64,000 nt of DNA, taken from assembly GCF_964188315.1 (NCBI RefSeq), contig NC_135656.1:68820001-68884000 (forward strand). The letters run 5' to 3'. The first letter of the stretch is position 1. Each line of letters starts with the position of its first letter. This DNA is from Podarcis muralis (Eukaryota). Under the pieces are notes generated by a model. The model saw nothing but the letters and a program-made list of their open reading frames with translations. It was not told the origin of the DNA and made no database searches. Shown here one piece after another: positions 23,685 through 36,926 of this stretch. The translations under genes and the position numbers were made by a program.

Positions 23685-26600
23685 ATGGCTATGCAAGAGC
23701 ATCTGAAGGTGAAAGAACGTCATCGCCGCCCCATAACAGCTCTTGGCTACCATTCAGCCCGACGGGAGTGCCTCACAGGCTTTGAAGGTGAGTCCTAGCT
23801 AGGGAGGTACATTTTTCCAGTTCTTTGTGAGCATTACAGCATTAAATTCTACCCAACTTCCATGCCTGCTTTGTACAACATGCCCAAATCTTGGACAGTT
23901 ACATCACATAATAGACCACCATTTCCATCCCCACAACAAGAGTACAGCCCAAAACACAGTATATACCTGAACCAAGAGTCTGCTTTCTGTCTCATCTACA
24001 TGCTTTCAGCTCATGTCCCCATATGACCTCTGAATTTATGCTTGAGTTCTCATCAGGGAATGCCATGCTAGCACAGTGCCCTCATTCAAAACCCGGCAGG
24101 TTTTTCCTTAAGGCATCTCTCTCCAAATGAGCTGGAGACGTTCCTTCCGAAACAAGCTCCTAGCTAAACAAGCTGTATTGTCACCCTTCTTGCCCTGATA
24201 GATGGAGTGATCAAATGGTGGGACGTGGAGAATGGGCGCATGTCCCTCTGCGCCAAGGAGCATGCTGGCCGAGTCACCCACTTCCAGTCCTGGGTGCAGG
24301 CACGACTCCTCTTCTCTTCTTCCAATGATGGCTCCGTGCTTGTGTGGGCTGTAGGCGGCACTGTTCTTGACCGCATCCTGGTAAGAACCACACCGTATTA
24401 CATCCTGGGGTCAGGGCAGGCCAAGAATAATGACACAGTTGCTTTTCTGAAGTTTGTAAGTCATTGCATGGAATTGACCAGATATCATAGAACAGGGTTT
24501 ACCAAACTTGAGTCTCCAGCTGTTTTGGACTACAATTCCCATCACCCTTGACCACTGGTCCTGCTAGCTAGGGATGATGGGAACTGTAGTCCAAAAACAG
24601 CTGGAGCTCCAAGTATGGGAAACCCTGTCAGAGAGTGATTGTGCTAAACTCTTGCTGCTCAAGGAATTCTGGGGGTTCCTGGGATGCTGCAGCTGCAATT
24701 TAGGCAGAGATCTCACTTTCTGCACCTACTAACTGAGGCTTCTGAGGATAAAGGGGAACTTCCCCCAACCAGTATTCCCACAAAGGACTGCAACTCAGAA
24801 GCAGAGCACATGCATTGCATACAGGAAGCCCCAGGCTCAATTCCTGGCTTCTCCAGGTAGTGCTGGAAAGGACATCTGTCTGACACCTTGGAAAGCTGCT
24901 GCCAGTCAGTGCAGACCTGGAGTGCCTAAGCGGTGGCCTTCCAGAACTCCCATCAGCCCCAGCCAAGCCTCAGGAATGATGGGAGTTGCAGTCCAACAAC
25001 AAATGGAGAGCTGCAGGTTCCCTGTCCCTGGGGTAAAAGGCAGATTCCTAAGTATTGTTTGGCTAACTAAACAATCTATGACCTTTTCAGCTGGGGGAGG
25101 GGTATTGTTTTTGTTAGTATGCTGTACATTTTTGTGTTTTTATTTTGTAAACCACCCTCAATCTTTGGATGAAGGGCCATATAGAAATGCAACGAATAAA
25201 TAAAATATTTGAGCCCTTGAAGTGTAATGTTCATTCTGCAAGACAGGCAGTGCTTTCTTCTTGGGGGTACTCAAGGGTTTTCGGTGCCAACACCTCCCCC
25301 CCCCCCAACACCAAATGTTAAAAGTGTGGCACTTAATGCAGCAACTTCATGGTGAGTACCGGCACCTTTTATTTCTTTTAAAAAAGCACTGAAAACAGGA
25401 TTAGATTTTGCTGTCTTCTGGGCCTCGAGTGCCCTGCTGGTCTAACTCCAATAAAATCTATGTAAGACCAGGCCTTTCCAGAGAGTCTTGCAGGGTGAGA
25501 ACTAGGCAGTATTGCCTCCCTGAGTCCCTAGAGCCTATTATTTTGTGCACAGTCTTCCTGAGCTCAAGCCAGTCCCCGCTTTCACCCCCCTCCAGCTAGG
25601 CTACCCTATCTTCACCTTGTCCATCAGCCTGGCTCGGCATCTTCTGCTCTGTGGCAGCAAGGGACGCCTGATGGCTTTCCCCTTGGATGAAAGGAGAGAA
25701 TCGGGCCACGTGGTCCACATGGCCCAGGGCTTTTCCGAGCACACACACACAGACATCGTGTCCTGCATCGCCTGCCTGGACAACCAAATATACACAGCAG
25801 GGTAAGTTGGGAGTTGCGGGAGTGAAGAATGGGCTCCGTCTGCAGATGGGTTCAAAGTACAGGCCCTCTGTGATACTTACAGCTTTGTGAAATGCTTCTA
25901 TCATATGACTCATGTCATGCAGAACCTTATCAAACAGGCCCTGCTGGAAGGGAGTGAGATGGTCTCCTGCAAGGTGACAGTAATAATGTGGTTTCTGGAT
26001 GACTGTGAAGGACAAAGCAGTGAGTCATACACATTTTCCCAAGGAGGGAATCTGCAGCTCTGCTTTGAAACCAAAGCTCCCTCTCTCCCACCACGGGGAA
26101 GTTTAAGCCACACCAGCCTCAGAGTCCAGCTTCAGTAGATCCAACAGTCCCTTCCCTTCCCAGGTACGACAAGAAGCTGCTGATCTTTGACACCTATCAG
26201 ACTCCAGGCAGGAAGGGCCTGACAACCAAGCACTGCATCCCACGCGCCCATCGTGCAGCCATCACTCACCTGCTGCTGGTGCGGCAGCAAGAAACCACGA
26301 GGTACAAGCTCAGTGCAAAGGGCAGGCCACCTAGGCCGTGGGATCTGGATAATGGGTTGTGTGGGTGAAGGCCTTTGTCAAGAGGTGCTCTCCTGCTACG
26401 TGACCCATGACTGGTCAGCATCTAATTGACTCTCCTTCCCCCCAAACAGGAAGGTACTAGGCAAGAGTAGCCAATTAGGTACTAGCAGCAGCGAACTGAG
26501 GGGAGACTTTTGTGCTGAAGGATAGTCTTATGTTGTACTTGCATGGCAGCTTCCTGGTGCCACAATTCTTATGTAGAACAGGGGTGGGAAACCTCAGAAC

Positions 26601-29600
26601 CGGGGCCAGGGGTAGACCTTCAGGCCTCTTTGAATGACTCCTGGGACTTGTCCCAGGCCACCCACCTCCATCCACAAGCTGATCCTGCTCCACATCCCCC
26701 TCATGGCAAGAATATGCTGCTGAGTTGCGACAATGCCTCTTGTTCGCCTGGATGTGGGCATGCTGTGGGCATGCGTAGAAACCTCTGGCTGTTACTGTAG
26801 GAAAAGTAGGAGTCATACCAATGACTCTGCCCATTTTTGCCTTTGACTCTGCCCACTGCTGGCATGAGGCCCCAGGAAGAGAATGTGGCCTCTCACTCGG
26901 GCTGAAAAAGGTTCCTCATTCTGGCATAAGGACAGGGAAACGAGACAAAGCAGGATTCCCTCTTTAGTCACTTCAAAAGGGCAAATCCTGCTGGCCAAAG
27001 AGATCTGCTGTGGTGTGGATGGAAGCATACAATTGAAGGAACAAGGATGAGCTAAATTCGCTCTCACATACAGAAAGCGAGGATCACTGTGCGCTGAATG
27101 CACACCTACCACCTTTTATAATGTACTCTGCATAAATTCTCTTCCCTTACAGTCCTTAATTCCTGCCTCCGCCCCCTCTGATTCACGTTTCCTAGGTTAT
27201 ATTTCTTCTCCATTTTTGAAATAAAAAAAATACTATTTGGGTTTTGCTCCCTCCTCCTTTCCCTTCCCCTCCCTTTGCAGCTTCCTTCCTTTCCTGAGAA
27301 GTTAGCATGGGGATGGGGAAAGGAGAAGCGGGAGGAGATGCCTCCTTCTCTGAATGGATTTCTGTTGCAGAGGCTGGGGCTCTAAGTGGCAGATCTAGAG
27401 CCAGAGGGCTCTGGAAGGATGACGTTTACCACAAAGAGGAACTGGAAGCCGCAGGATGTTACTCGAACCTCTGGCCAGGAGGGAGAGGCTTTGAGTGTGT
27501 TCCGCTTGGGGAAGTGTAAAATAAGAACACTTTGCTTAAAGAAAAAAGAAATGTTATATTTTCTCCTGCTTTCAATGATTCACTAGAAAGGGAGCCTTGG
27601 GTTTATATAGAGGGTGTGAAGTCTTTGCTTGAGAAATGTAAACGCAGCCCTGCTCCTCCACTGCACTGCCAAAGTCCTGCTTCCCTGACCCGCCCTCTGG
27701 TCTGTGATCTCCTCTGCAGGGTGCTCTCAGGTTCTTTTGACCAGACAGTTGGCATCTGGTCCCAGGATGGGAAGCTCATCCAGCGCCTTGGCCCCTTCAC
27801 CGGGAACATTACTGGACTCTGCTACGTGGCATCTGTTGGCATCGTCTGGATCACCAGTGGCACAACCCAGCCCACCCTCTATGAGCCTCAGTCTGGGGAA
27901 ATAGTGAGCGACTTAAGTGTGGCATTTCCATGTACACCTCCGCCTAAAGATCAATGAACTTGTTATTATAAGGAGCCCTCTACTGGTGATGGATTAGCAT
28001 TGCGTCCGCCTCAACTAGCATAGTGTTTTCTTTCCCTTTCTGTCTTTGTGAATTGTGGCCAAGAGGATAAGCCAGCTGACTCTCTCCACATGCGCTGCCA
28101 GGCTGCGCCAATCAACTCCCACACTTGCCCGCAGTCTTAGTATATTAGGCATGTGCATTAAAACTATATAAGCTAGCATTGTCCAGTTTTTTGTTTTCTT
28201 CCAGCAAGGGCACAGTCCTAGTGGAAAACAATTGCTGCCAAGGGTTTGGCCATGCTGTGCAAATGGGGACCGATAAGCCCAGGATCCTGTTGCTCACCCA
28301 TGTTACACATGAAGCAGGATTTTGTAGGGTGCCTTTTCATGGGCTGTTACTTCAGACTGCAGGAGTGAAAGTTGCATGGGGCATATTCAAGTGTGCCATC
28401 CTCAACCCACAGCAGCCTGAAGCAGGGCAGCTCACAAAAGCTTTATCACTTGGTTCTGCAGAATGTGCTAAGGTGCCATTTTGCCTGGGACAGATTTCCA
28501 GACTTGGAAGTCAATTTAAAGCCTGCCATGCCGCCTAGTCCTCCATGCATGACATTATTTGGCTTATTGGTGGTTACCAGCAAAAGATGCCTGGGGACCA
28601 GTGCCTTGTGAGGGGAGGGTACAATAGTAAGCTTTGTGTGTCAAAAAAAAGGCCCCTGGTTCAGTCCCTGGCATCTCCACTTAAAATGACCTAGGTAATG
28701 GGAGCAATCAATTCCTGAGACCCAAAGGAGCTGCTGCCACTCAGAGTATTAAATACTGGACTGGATAGATAAATAGACTGACCTGGAACAACATACGCAA
28801 TGTCCCCTGTTCCTATGGGAGCTGTTCTATTGGATGATTTTTCCTTGTAGAATTGCCTGTCCTTAGTTGGCCTCAGCTCCTCATATTGATTAGTTTTTAT
28901 CATATGAAAAATTACCCATGTCAAAAAGAACACTCTTTGATGGAGCACGTTTCTTTTAACAAGCTGCCTTACCTTGACAGATCAGACCCATTTTGCCTGA
29001 TTAATGACACGATACAGATGACATAAAAACTATACACAGCCGTTTTATATTGAAAAATTACTCTGATCCTCTTCCAAATGTCAGATGGCAGATATACTGA
29101 AGATTAAATCCTGTCTCTTCTCATTTCCTTAGCTGTTGTATCCTCCCATTCTCAGGGCCTCTTCCTGAACATGTTTCTCAATTGCTATTTCCATTGGGTA
29201 GGTGCTTCAAAAGCCATTAGCGCCTCTAACACTGTATTCCTGGATCTGCAAACTCCCCCAAAAACATACTCAAAGATTACATTTCTTTGTAGCTTTCAAT
29301 ACCAGATCCAACTGCATTTCACAGTTCCATCCCAAGTTCTGTCATGTGCTCCACAAAGCTCAAAAGTCCATTGAACAAGTGCCTCCAGCACAGCTCTTTT
29401 TGATAGGTCTTTGACCCCTAAGTAAATATGGCTCTTGTGTACCATTCCACATTTATAGGAAGAATAAGGAGAAACAGGTATTAAATGGCCAACCTGTTCT
29501 GAATTCTTTGTGCTGATCTGCTTTCAGGTTTCACAGTTCATATCCACGTTCCAAGGCCGACAGAAAGATGGGCCTGCTCTTCAGCAGCTTCTCAGCCTGC

Positions 29601-32600
29601 CAGACTCGAGGCATGTGATAGGTGAGTTCTCCAGTAGAGTACAGATGCCCCCCCCACCCGCAATACAAGGCCTCACCTGGTCTCTCAGCCGCCAATTCAG
29701 CATCTCTTCTTATCTGTAAGCCATGTCCTTTCATGCAGTTAGGAGAAAATAGCTTTAGTGGAAGATACTAGAACAGTATGGCACCCAGTGGTGAGAGCAT
29801 TGAATTAGCATTGGAGATATCCAGGTTCATTCCACCACTCAGCCACAAAGCTTGCTGGGCCTCCTTGGCCAATCACCCTCTCCCAGTTTAGCTTATGCCA
29901 CTGGATTGTTGTGGGGAAAACATGGGGTGAGTAAACTATGTCTTTTGCCCTGAACTCCTTGAAGGAAGGGGGATGCAGGTGGCGCTGCGGGTTAAACCAC
30001 AGAGCCTAGGACTTGCTGATCAGAAGGTTGGCGGTTCGAATCCCCGCGACAGGGTGAGCTCCCATTGTTCAGTCCCTACTCCTGCCAACCTAGCAGTTCA
30101 AAAGCACGTCAAAGGGCAAGTAGATAAATAAGTACCACTCCAGTGGGAAGGTAAACGGCGTTTTCGTGTACAGCTCTGGTTCGCCAGAAGCGGCTTAGTC
30201 ATGCTGGCCACATGACCCGGAAGCTGGACACCGGCTCCCTTGGCCAATAAAGCGAGATGAGCGCCGCAACCCCAGAGTCGGCCACGACTGGACCTAATGG
30301 TCAGGGGTCCCTTTACCTTTACCTTTTACCTTGAAGGAAAGGCATAATATAAAAGTAGTAAAATTTATTAATTAGTACAAAAAAAGGGCTTTCATCACAG
30401 AACCAGGCGGTGACCTTGGTAGGCTCGTGTGCTTATTGCATTCAGACCCAGTGTGGGTTTAGCACTTGGGAGAGACTAAATGTTCCCATGGGCACCTGGT
30501 TAATTGTTGTGGGAACAGGTTTTTTGCCTGATCCAGCAGGCTCTTCTTATGTTCCTGTTGGTTCCCACCACAGGTCCCAGATTTATATCCAGAGATTCCG
30601 GTTTCATGCGAACAGGTGTTGTGAGATCTATGCATGCTTTTCTAATTTAACACAAGGCGATTTCCCACTCAGCTTCTTCAAAGATATTATAAGGCTCAGT
30701 GGATGGCAAGAGCTTTTTAGAATAACCCAAGTAATTTTAAGAAACACAGAACTTTCCCTTCTTCCAGGCACAGCAAAGCCGCAGCAAATACTCGTCTGGC
30801 GCTACAGCGAGTTGGGATGCCTGACAGTGCTGCCTTGCAAACACCCCCTAGAGTGCCTAGCTTATGGTAAGCAGCCATATATATCTCTAACTCTGCAACA
30901 GCTCCAGCCCCAGATGCACAAGCTCCGTCAGGTGAGGTACAAAGCTAGAAGAACATTATCTGGCTGGGACAAGAGCCAGGGTTGAGTTTTGTGTGTCCAG
31001 CAATAAAACTTTTGTCTGGTTTTCTGAAGCCCCTGCTTGAACTTCTGAATGTATCTCCACCAGCCAAAAAGGAGCCCGTTTTGCTCTTCAGTGGGGACAG
31101 CAGTGGGATGCTACAGAAGTGGGAGAAGAGCTACATCTCGCCCTTCATCTACAGGTAAGGTTTCATCCCCACAGACCAAGAAGAGATGCCAGTCCCTGGT
31201 GTGTGACATGGGTTGGGGAAGCCCCTATTGCAAGGTGCAGCAGTGAGCAGAGGCTGGCCTAAGAGCAGCAGATTTCTGTTGGTAAGGCGAAGAAGCACAG
31301 CCCCTGCCAGAGGAGACTCTGTAGTGTAGCAGGTCTGTGCTATTTGGTGTCCAGATAGAAGCTATCTACTGGTTTCCAGAATAATAGAGGAGCTTAACTA
31401 CTAAAGTGTTACCCTTGGTCATTAGCTGCCATTGGCCTAGAACACAAGCCCCTGGAAGAGATGTGGTTGGAGGAATGCTGTGATCTGGGAGGAGTCTCCC
31501 TTGCCATCTCTCACTAAGTCAGGGGGGTGTTGGACTACAACTCCCACCATCCCTGTCAATCAGCCACCCTGGCTGGGACTGATGGAACTTAAGAGTCCAT
31601 CAACATCAGGAGGGTCACAAATTTCCCATCTCTGTAGTGGAGTTTCAAAAAGTTGTTCTTCTCCAGCATCTGGCTCTAACCGTGTCATGGTTAGTAGTGC
31701 TGTACAAAGATGAGATGCTTGCGGACAAGCAGACACCTACCCATCCTAGTCCCTCGTGCTCCCTGCCCTCTGCAGCTGCCCATTCTCCGCCTGCTCCAGT
31801 CCTGCAGCCATGCAGCCATCTGCCCCTCATGCCGTTGTGAGCTAACAGCCTTCTCACCCATCCTCAACCACAACCCTGTCCACAGCCACAGGTCTACACT
31901 CCCCCCCCCATCCTGTGTGTCTCTGTTTCTTTCAGCAGGGAGTCCTTCCACCTAAGTAAAGCCCAACTGGAAAGAAGAGGCCCCTTGGCACAGCAGAGGG
32001 AGGAGGATGGCAAGGAGAAGCCACAACCTCGTCCAGATTCCCCTCGAAAGCCAGGAAAGACCTCCATTGGGCAGCAGAGTGGCTACACCAGGTTCCGAAG
32101 TGCAGTGAAAGACATGCGAAAAGGAAGCATAGGTTTCACTAGGTAACTGTCATTGTGCTCTGCCCAAGCGTATGTGCTACTGTAGCAGAGAGGCAACAGC
32201 ATAATTTGTCTTGAAGAGACCGAGGGACTGCCCTTTCTTCCTTGGGGATCAGGCAGACCTTCACCATTTGCTTTGCAGCAGGGCTGGACAACCTGTAATG
32301 CTCCAGATATTGTTGGAGCCATGCTCCCATCATCCCTTGCTAGTATGACTAATGGTCAGGGATGATGGTCACCAAGCTGGCCAGAACAAGGCATGATTTA
32401 ATTTTTTGGGGGGGAGAGTTGGCTTCTGTAATGTTGGCTGTGAAATGACAGGTGAAAGGTAGTTGCTGCCTTGCTAATGAAGCCCTGGGCCTTTGCCAGG
32501 GCTCTCTTTGCTGAAGAGTTGAATATCCTGGTGGTGTCAGCAGCTGATGGGAACATTTATCTCTGGGAGTTTGAGAGCTTCATCCCGGAACCTTCTGCCG

Positions 32601-35600
32601 AGGTGAGTGCAAACCGCTGTCCTAGCCTCTGCTTCTTGGATGGAAGACAGAAGACATGTGCTTGCAGGTAAGCCACAAGAAGTGAATGGCCTCTGTCTTC
32701 CAAGATAAGAAAGATAAACCAGCCAGCCACATTTATTTAACCGAGCCAACTAGGAGCCACATGGCAGCACAGGTTTTGGCTCAGAAAATTCCCTTGGATT
32801 ACAAACAAAAAAGAAGTGGGTGACATTTCTCCTAGAGGAAGGTTCCCTTATGGTTTGCTATTTTCATCCCATGCTGTAGCAATGCCCACCTGTGTTGGAT
32901 CAAAATTCTGAAACATTGGCATCAAGCTGTATTCAAGATGAGAAGACCCAGGGCACTTCAAGCAGTTGTGTAGCAGGTGAAGAGTAAACTCAGAGGGGAA
33001 AGAAAAAGAGATGATGCTTCAAAGGTGCACAAAAGTAAACACTGAATGGCCCAATGCACTTTGAATGTATCCTTCCACAAGTACACTTCACAGCCCAATC
33101 CTAACCATGCCTAGTAAGTTCTATTAAATTCAGTGGGGCATATTCCCAAGTAACTGGGGTGAGGATTGCAAGCTTAGATGGAGGCAGGGCTGGATCAAGG
33201 GTAGTCTGAGACAAGCCAGTAGTTAGGACTGAAGACTAAGCCAGAACCAAATGAAAACTTGTGAGTCAGAGTCTAGAAGGAAGATCAGGAGTGGCAAGCG
33301 AGTCAGGGCCAAAGACCAGCCAAGGCTGCAGGAACCCACCAGAGCTCAGGAAGACTTTGTTGCTCAAGCAAGCCTCAACTGGACCAGGAAGCCCCCTTAC
33401 ACTCTTTGCTGTCTAGGAGGCTCCAATAGTCAGCCTGAGTGGGTGGAGTCATTCACTGAGAAGCTACCACCTGGAGTCAGTACACAAGGCAGTTGTCCTG
33501 GCAGGCCTATACCGTGGTCCGTGACCAAATGAACCAGAGCACTGTATAGGACACTGGGGTCATCCTCACTTCCACTTGCTCTGCCACTCCCCCCTCCCCC
33601 CCAGAAAACCCATGGTTTAGCGCTGAATCAGAACAAACGGCAATCAGGTTTTTTGTGGATTGTCATTTGTCCAATTTCCCAGGGGTTTTCCAGGGGAAAG
33701 CAACAGGGGACAGGCAAAATCATTTGGACTCATGCCTAGAATTCACTGAACAAGTGGGAAACCACTAAGACCTGTGCAAACAGGACAAACGAAAAAGTGG
33801 CTGAGTCCACTTGTTGTACACCTCAGTGTCCCTGATGAAATCTCCCTTCAAACCAGGCTGGGGCACTGAATGTTTCTCTAGTTTATTTCATCTAGTTTCT
33901 CTGGTTTTCATTTGGTACTGGTGCCTCCCCTCCTTTCTTCCTCTTGGAGTAGGGTCAAGCTGGGGATAAAAAGCACCGCAGGCTCGTTTTTTGGGAAGCC
34001 ACCTCCTGAGTGTGTAAGAGATTCTGGTCCCTGTTTTTTCCTCTTCTCCATCCTGCTACTGCCTCTCTCATGCCAGTACTGCCTTAAATAGGTTTCACCT
34101 GCAGAACGGTGCTGTGCGGGCACACGGGCATGGTGACGGCACTTGCTGTGGCAGCCGGCGATGCTGGACTGTACTTCCCCTACCTGGTGAGTGAACTGTA
34201 GAATGGACTTGGATGGCATTGTATGAGACAGCCCAGTCTCTGTTGATGGGCAGCAGGGAGAGAGTGGAAGAGAGTGAGATGCTGTAGGAAGACCCTGCAT
34301 GGCACATATAGGGAGGAGAGGGGATGTAGGTGAGTGCCAGTGCCAGAGAGGAGAGAACACACACTGCAAGGAGGGGCAGCATTGCCAAGCAAGACTTCAC
34401 CTTGGTGTATTTCATTGTAGCTCAGTGGAGGATGGGATGGAAAGCTGTGTCTTTGGGACCTGCACAACCACTCTTTGCAAAATGCCTTTTCCAGTCTACC
34501 TGAGGACAACGGGCCCATCCTGGATATGGCCTACTCCCCAAAGAGGTGGGTGATTCTGTCTGCCTGCTTATTTGAAAGGTGGGGAAGCCACGGAATGTTC
34601 TCAAACACCACTTTGAGGCCTCCCAAGCAGGAGAGATGTATTGCTGAAAAGTGGGGGTGGGGGACAACAGTAATAGAAAGGATGAAGCCACTCCTGCAGG
34701 AACCTAATCTTTGGGCCCAGGGCCGCTAATTCGATTTTGCCATGTCTTTTGCCATCCCTGCATCCACAGCCCACACCCTCCTGGACTGGGCAGGAGGGAA
34801 TTTGCTTTCTCTTCTAGCACTGGCAGAGTTTTTATCTGTGCTTTCAATCCTCACTGTGCTGATCTGGTGCTCCTGGCTGAGCTCTGTGGGCACAAAGCTG
34901 CTGTCGTAGCCTTGGTCTGGCACCCACTAGAGGACAAGTGGGTTAGCGGTGCTGAAGATGGCTCCATTCGGCTCTGGGTAAGCCCTTAATCAGGTGGTGA
35001 CTTTCATACGTTATGTATATTCACTAGCAAGGACGTAGGAAAACTTTAGGCTAGTTGCTGAAGAACTTGGTTGAATTTCTGGACCAATAAGTTTTTTTGG
35101 GAGTTATACAGATCAGGCAGAAACATTTTCTGGGGAATGACCACCAAGTCTTCCTCCAGCAGCAGAAATGATGGAATTTTTCTTTTTAATGGTTCACACA
35201 GAGCGAAGATGGTGGATGCTGTGTGCAGCACCTGAGAGCCTCCAGAGGGATCACTTGCCTCTGCATTGACCAGGTCAATGGCTGTATTCTTGCAGGGGTC
35301 CATGATACCATCAGGTAGGCTGGTACCATAAGGAGGCTGGTGGTGGAAAAGAAAGGGATGAGAGGCAGCACGTCTTTGAACAGGCTGATGGCTCTGCCTT
35401 TTTCTCCCTGCAGGGTTTATGATCCAAATTCTGGAGTGCAGGTGCAAAGTTACACAGGGCACCAAGATTCCGTCAAGGGACTCATCCATGTCCCAGAAAT
35501 GGAGCAGGTAGGAGAGACAGGGACCACCCACTAGGGGAAAAGGTCAAGAAAGCTGGGGCCTGGGAGTTTCCCCACTCTTAGGTCTAAGTCATGAATGGAC

Positions 35601-36926
35601 CAGCACAAAGCAATGCATATACTGTGATGGTGCATATTGGAGCCATGTGCTTAATCTGTATCAGCATCCTGTTCAGAGATCCAGCTGCATGTTGATGACA
35701 TTTGGTGAGGTCATGCCCACTTTTGAGCTGGGCAGCACTACCAAAAGATTGTCCCCATGCTGTATTCTTGTTGTTTAAATAGGGTATTCTATTGCACTTC
35801 CAGTCCTCCTACAAACAAACTAGTACTTAATGGAGAGGGGGAATTGTATCCTTTTTTATTTTAGAATTCAAAGCAGTTTACAAGACGTTTACCTATCATA
35901 GCACAGCCGAGGGGGTGGACTGAAGAAATAATTATCAGTTTTCTGTTTCTGTCTGGCTTCTCTAACAGTGGCTGACAATAAGCTGAATCCTACTGAGGGA
36001 GCAAACATGGCTGCTCCCCTCTAGCTTGTATCTAGGCCAGCAATAGCCATCCTTTGTGGAGCAGGCAAGGACGGCCTCTACAAGCTAAGAATATGCCTCA
36101 GAAGTTGCTACAGGATTCTGTCGTGTATTCTCTGTTCACATGGGAAGCACTCAGATCCTGCTCGTGGATTTCTCACAGGCACCTGCCTGACAGCTGTGAG
36201 AACAGAATGCTGGATGAGATGGGCCTTTAGTCTGGTCCAGCAGGCCCTGTTCTTAAGCTGAACATGGGAAGTCAGATGTGCACACAGTGAGTTGGCTCAC
36301 TGCTTAAGCCATGAGTGTGCCTCTCAGAGTCCTGAGGATATTGCTGAGGATTCTGGGGCGCAGACTTGATTTGTGCACAGCCAGCCATGCCAGAAGCAGA
36401 ATACATATGTGGCTTATAGTGTTGTTCCTTAAATCATGCTGGGTGTCTGACCAAATGTCACTTGGGTCTTTGGCCAACTAACTTTTTTTTAGCATACTCG
36501 TTTAAAAAAAGCAGCTTCCTTACTGATTGCTTTAATGCAAATCTGTCAGTTGTGGAGAAGTACACCCACACACCCACATGCGTATCAGGAAGGTGCAATG
36601 TGGCAGGAGGAAATCCTGTTCTGATATCCTAGTTTGGCTTGCACTGATAGCGGATCCCAGGCTGGTGCCGCCCACTCTAGTCTGCTATGCAGTTGGGTGG
36701 GAGACCAATGCAGTCTGAAGACCCACATGAGTGAGGACTATCGGTGACCGATGCACTGCATGGAGACACTGAATCCAGCCCCATAGAGGGTGCTGACACT
36801 GTTGCACCCTGACGTGTTCTTCTCTCTGCTTCCCTGCAGTATGTGTCGGTCTCTCTAGATGGCACAGTGTGCATGTGGAAGGCCTATCACCCAGGGGAGC
36901 AGCTCAAGGCCCAGGTCAGGTGGTGA
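23685..36926 (+). CDS. Uncharacterised multi-exon WD40-repeat protein, about 731 aa, about 14 WD-like repeats (probable double beta-propeller); 5' end uncertain
   Basis: GT-AG, phase-consistent exons: 23685-23787, 24202-24380, 25596-25801, 26164-26301, 27720-27903, 29528-29621, 30768-30866, 31064-31154, 31939-32142, 32500-32602, 32880-32976, 34092-34186, 34421-34545, 34794-34977, 35202-35314, 35414-35507, 36840-36926 (TGA). The total is 2196 nt, open throughout. WD signatures include GFEDGVIKWWD, SSSNDGSVLVW, TAGYDKKLLIFD, SGSFDQTVGIWS, GHTGMVTAL...SGGWDGKLCLWD, GHKAAVVALVW...SGAEDGSIRLW and GHQDSVKGL...SVSLDGTVCMWK. Exon 32880-32976 is the least certain and was chosen by phase fit. Confidence 0.88.
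24492..24628. mobile_element. Palindromic hAT-like MITE
   Basis: cagggtttaccaaactt...aagtatgggaaaccctg; central gaccactggtcctgctagctaggga is shared with the copies at 38183 and 57429. Confidence 0.75.
25248..25391. mobile_element. hAT MITE
   Basis: cagtgcttt...aaaagcactg termini; flanks aagacagg / aaaacagg (7/8 TSD). Confidence 0.75.
29968..30328 (+). mobile_element. Sauria SINE (tRNA-derived head, Bov-B-like tail), full length
   Basis: Head gggatgcaggtggcgctgcgggttaa...ggttcgaatccc (A/B boxes), (ACCTTT)n tail, and 11-bp TSD ccttgaaggaa at 29957-29967 and 30329-30339. Confidence 0.9.

Noticed and set aside
29968-30060. tRNA gene
   Set aside because: A and B boxes belong to a SINE head; no cloverleaf, and followed by SINE body, tail and TSD.
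33180-33540. Possible LTR fragment or WD40 exon
   Set aside because: Looks repeat-like, but I could not define termini or a TSD, and it has no phase-compatible splice sites.
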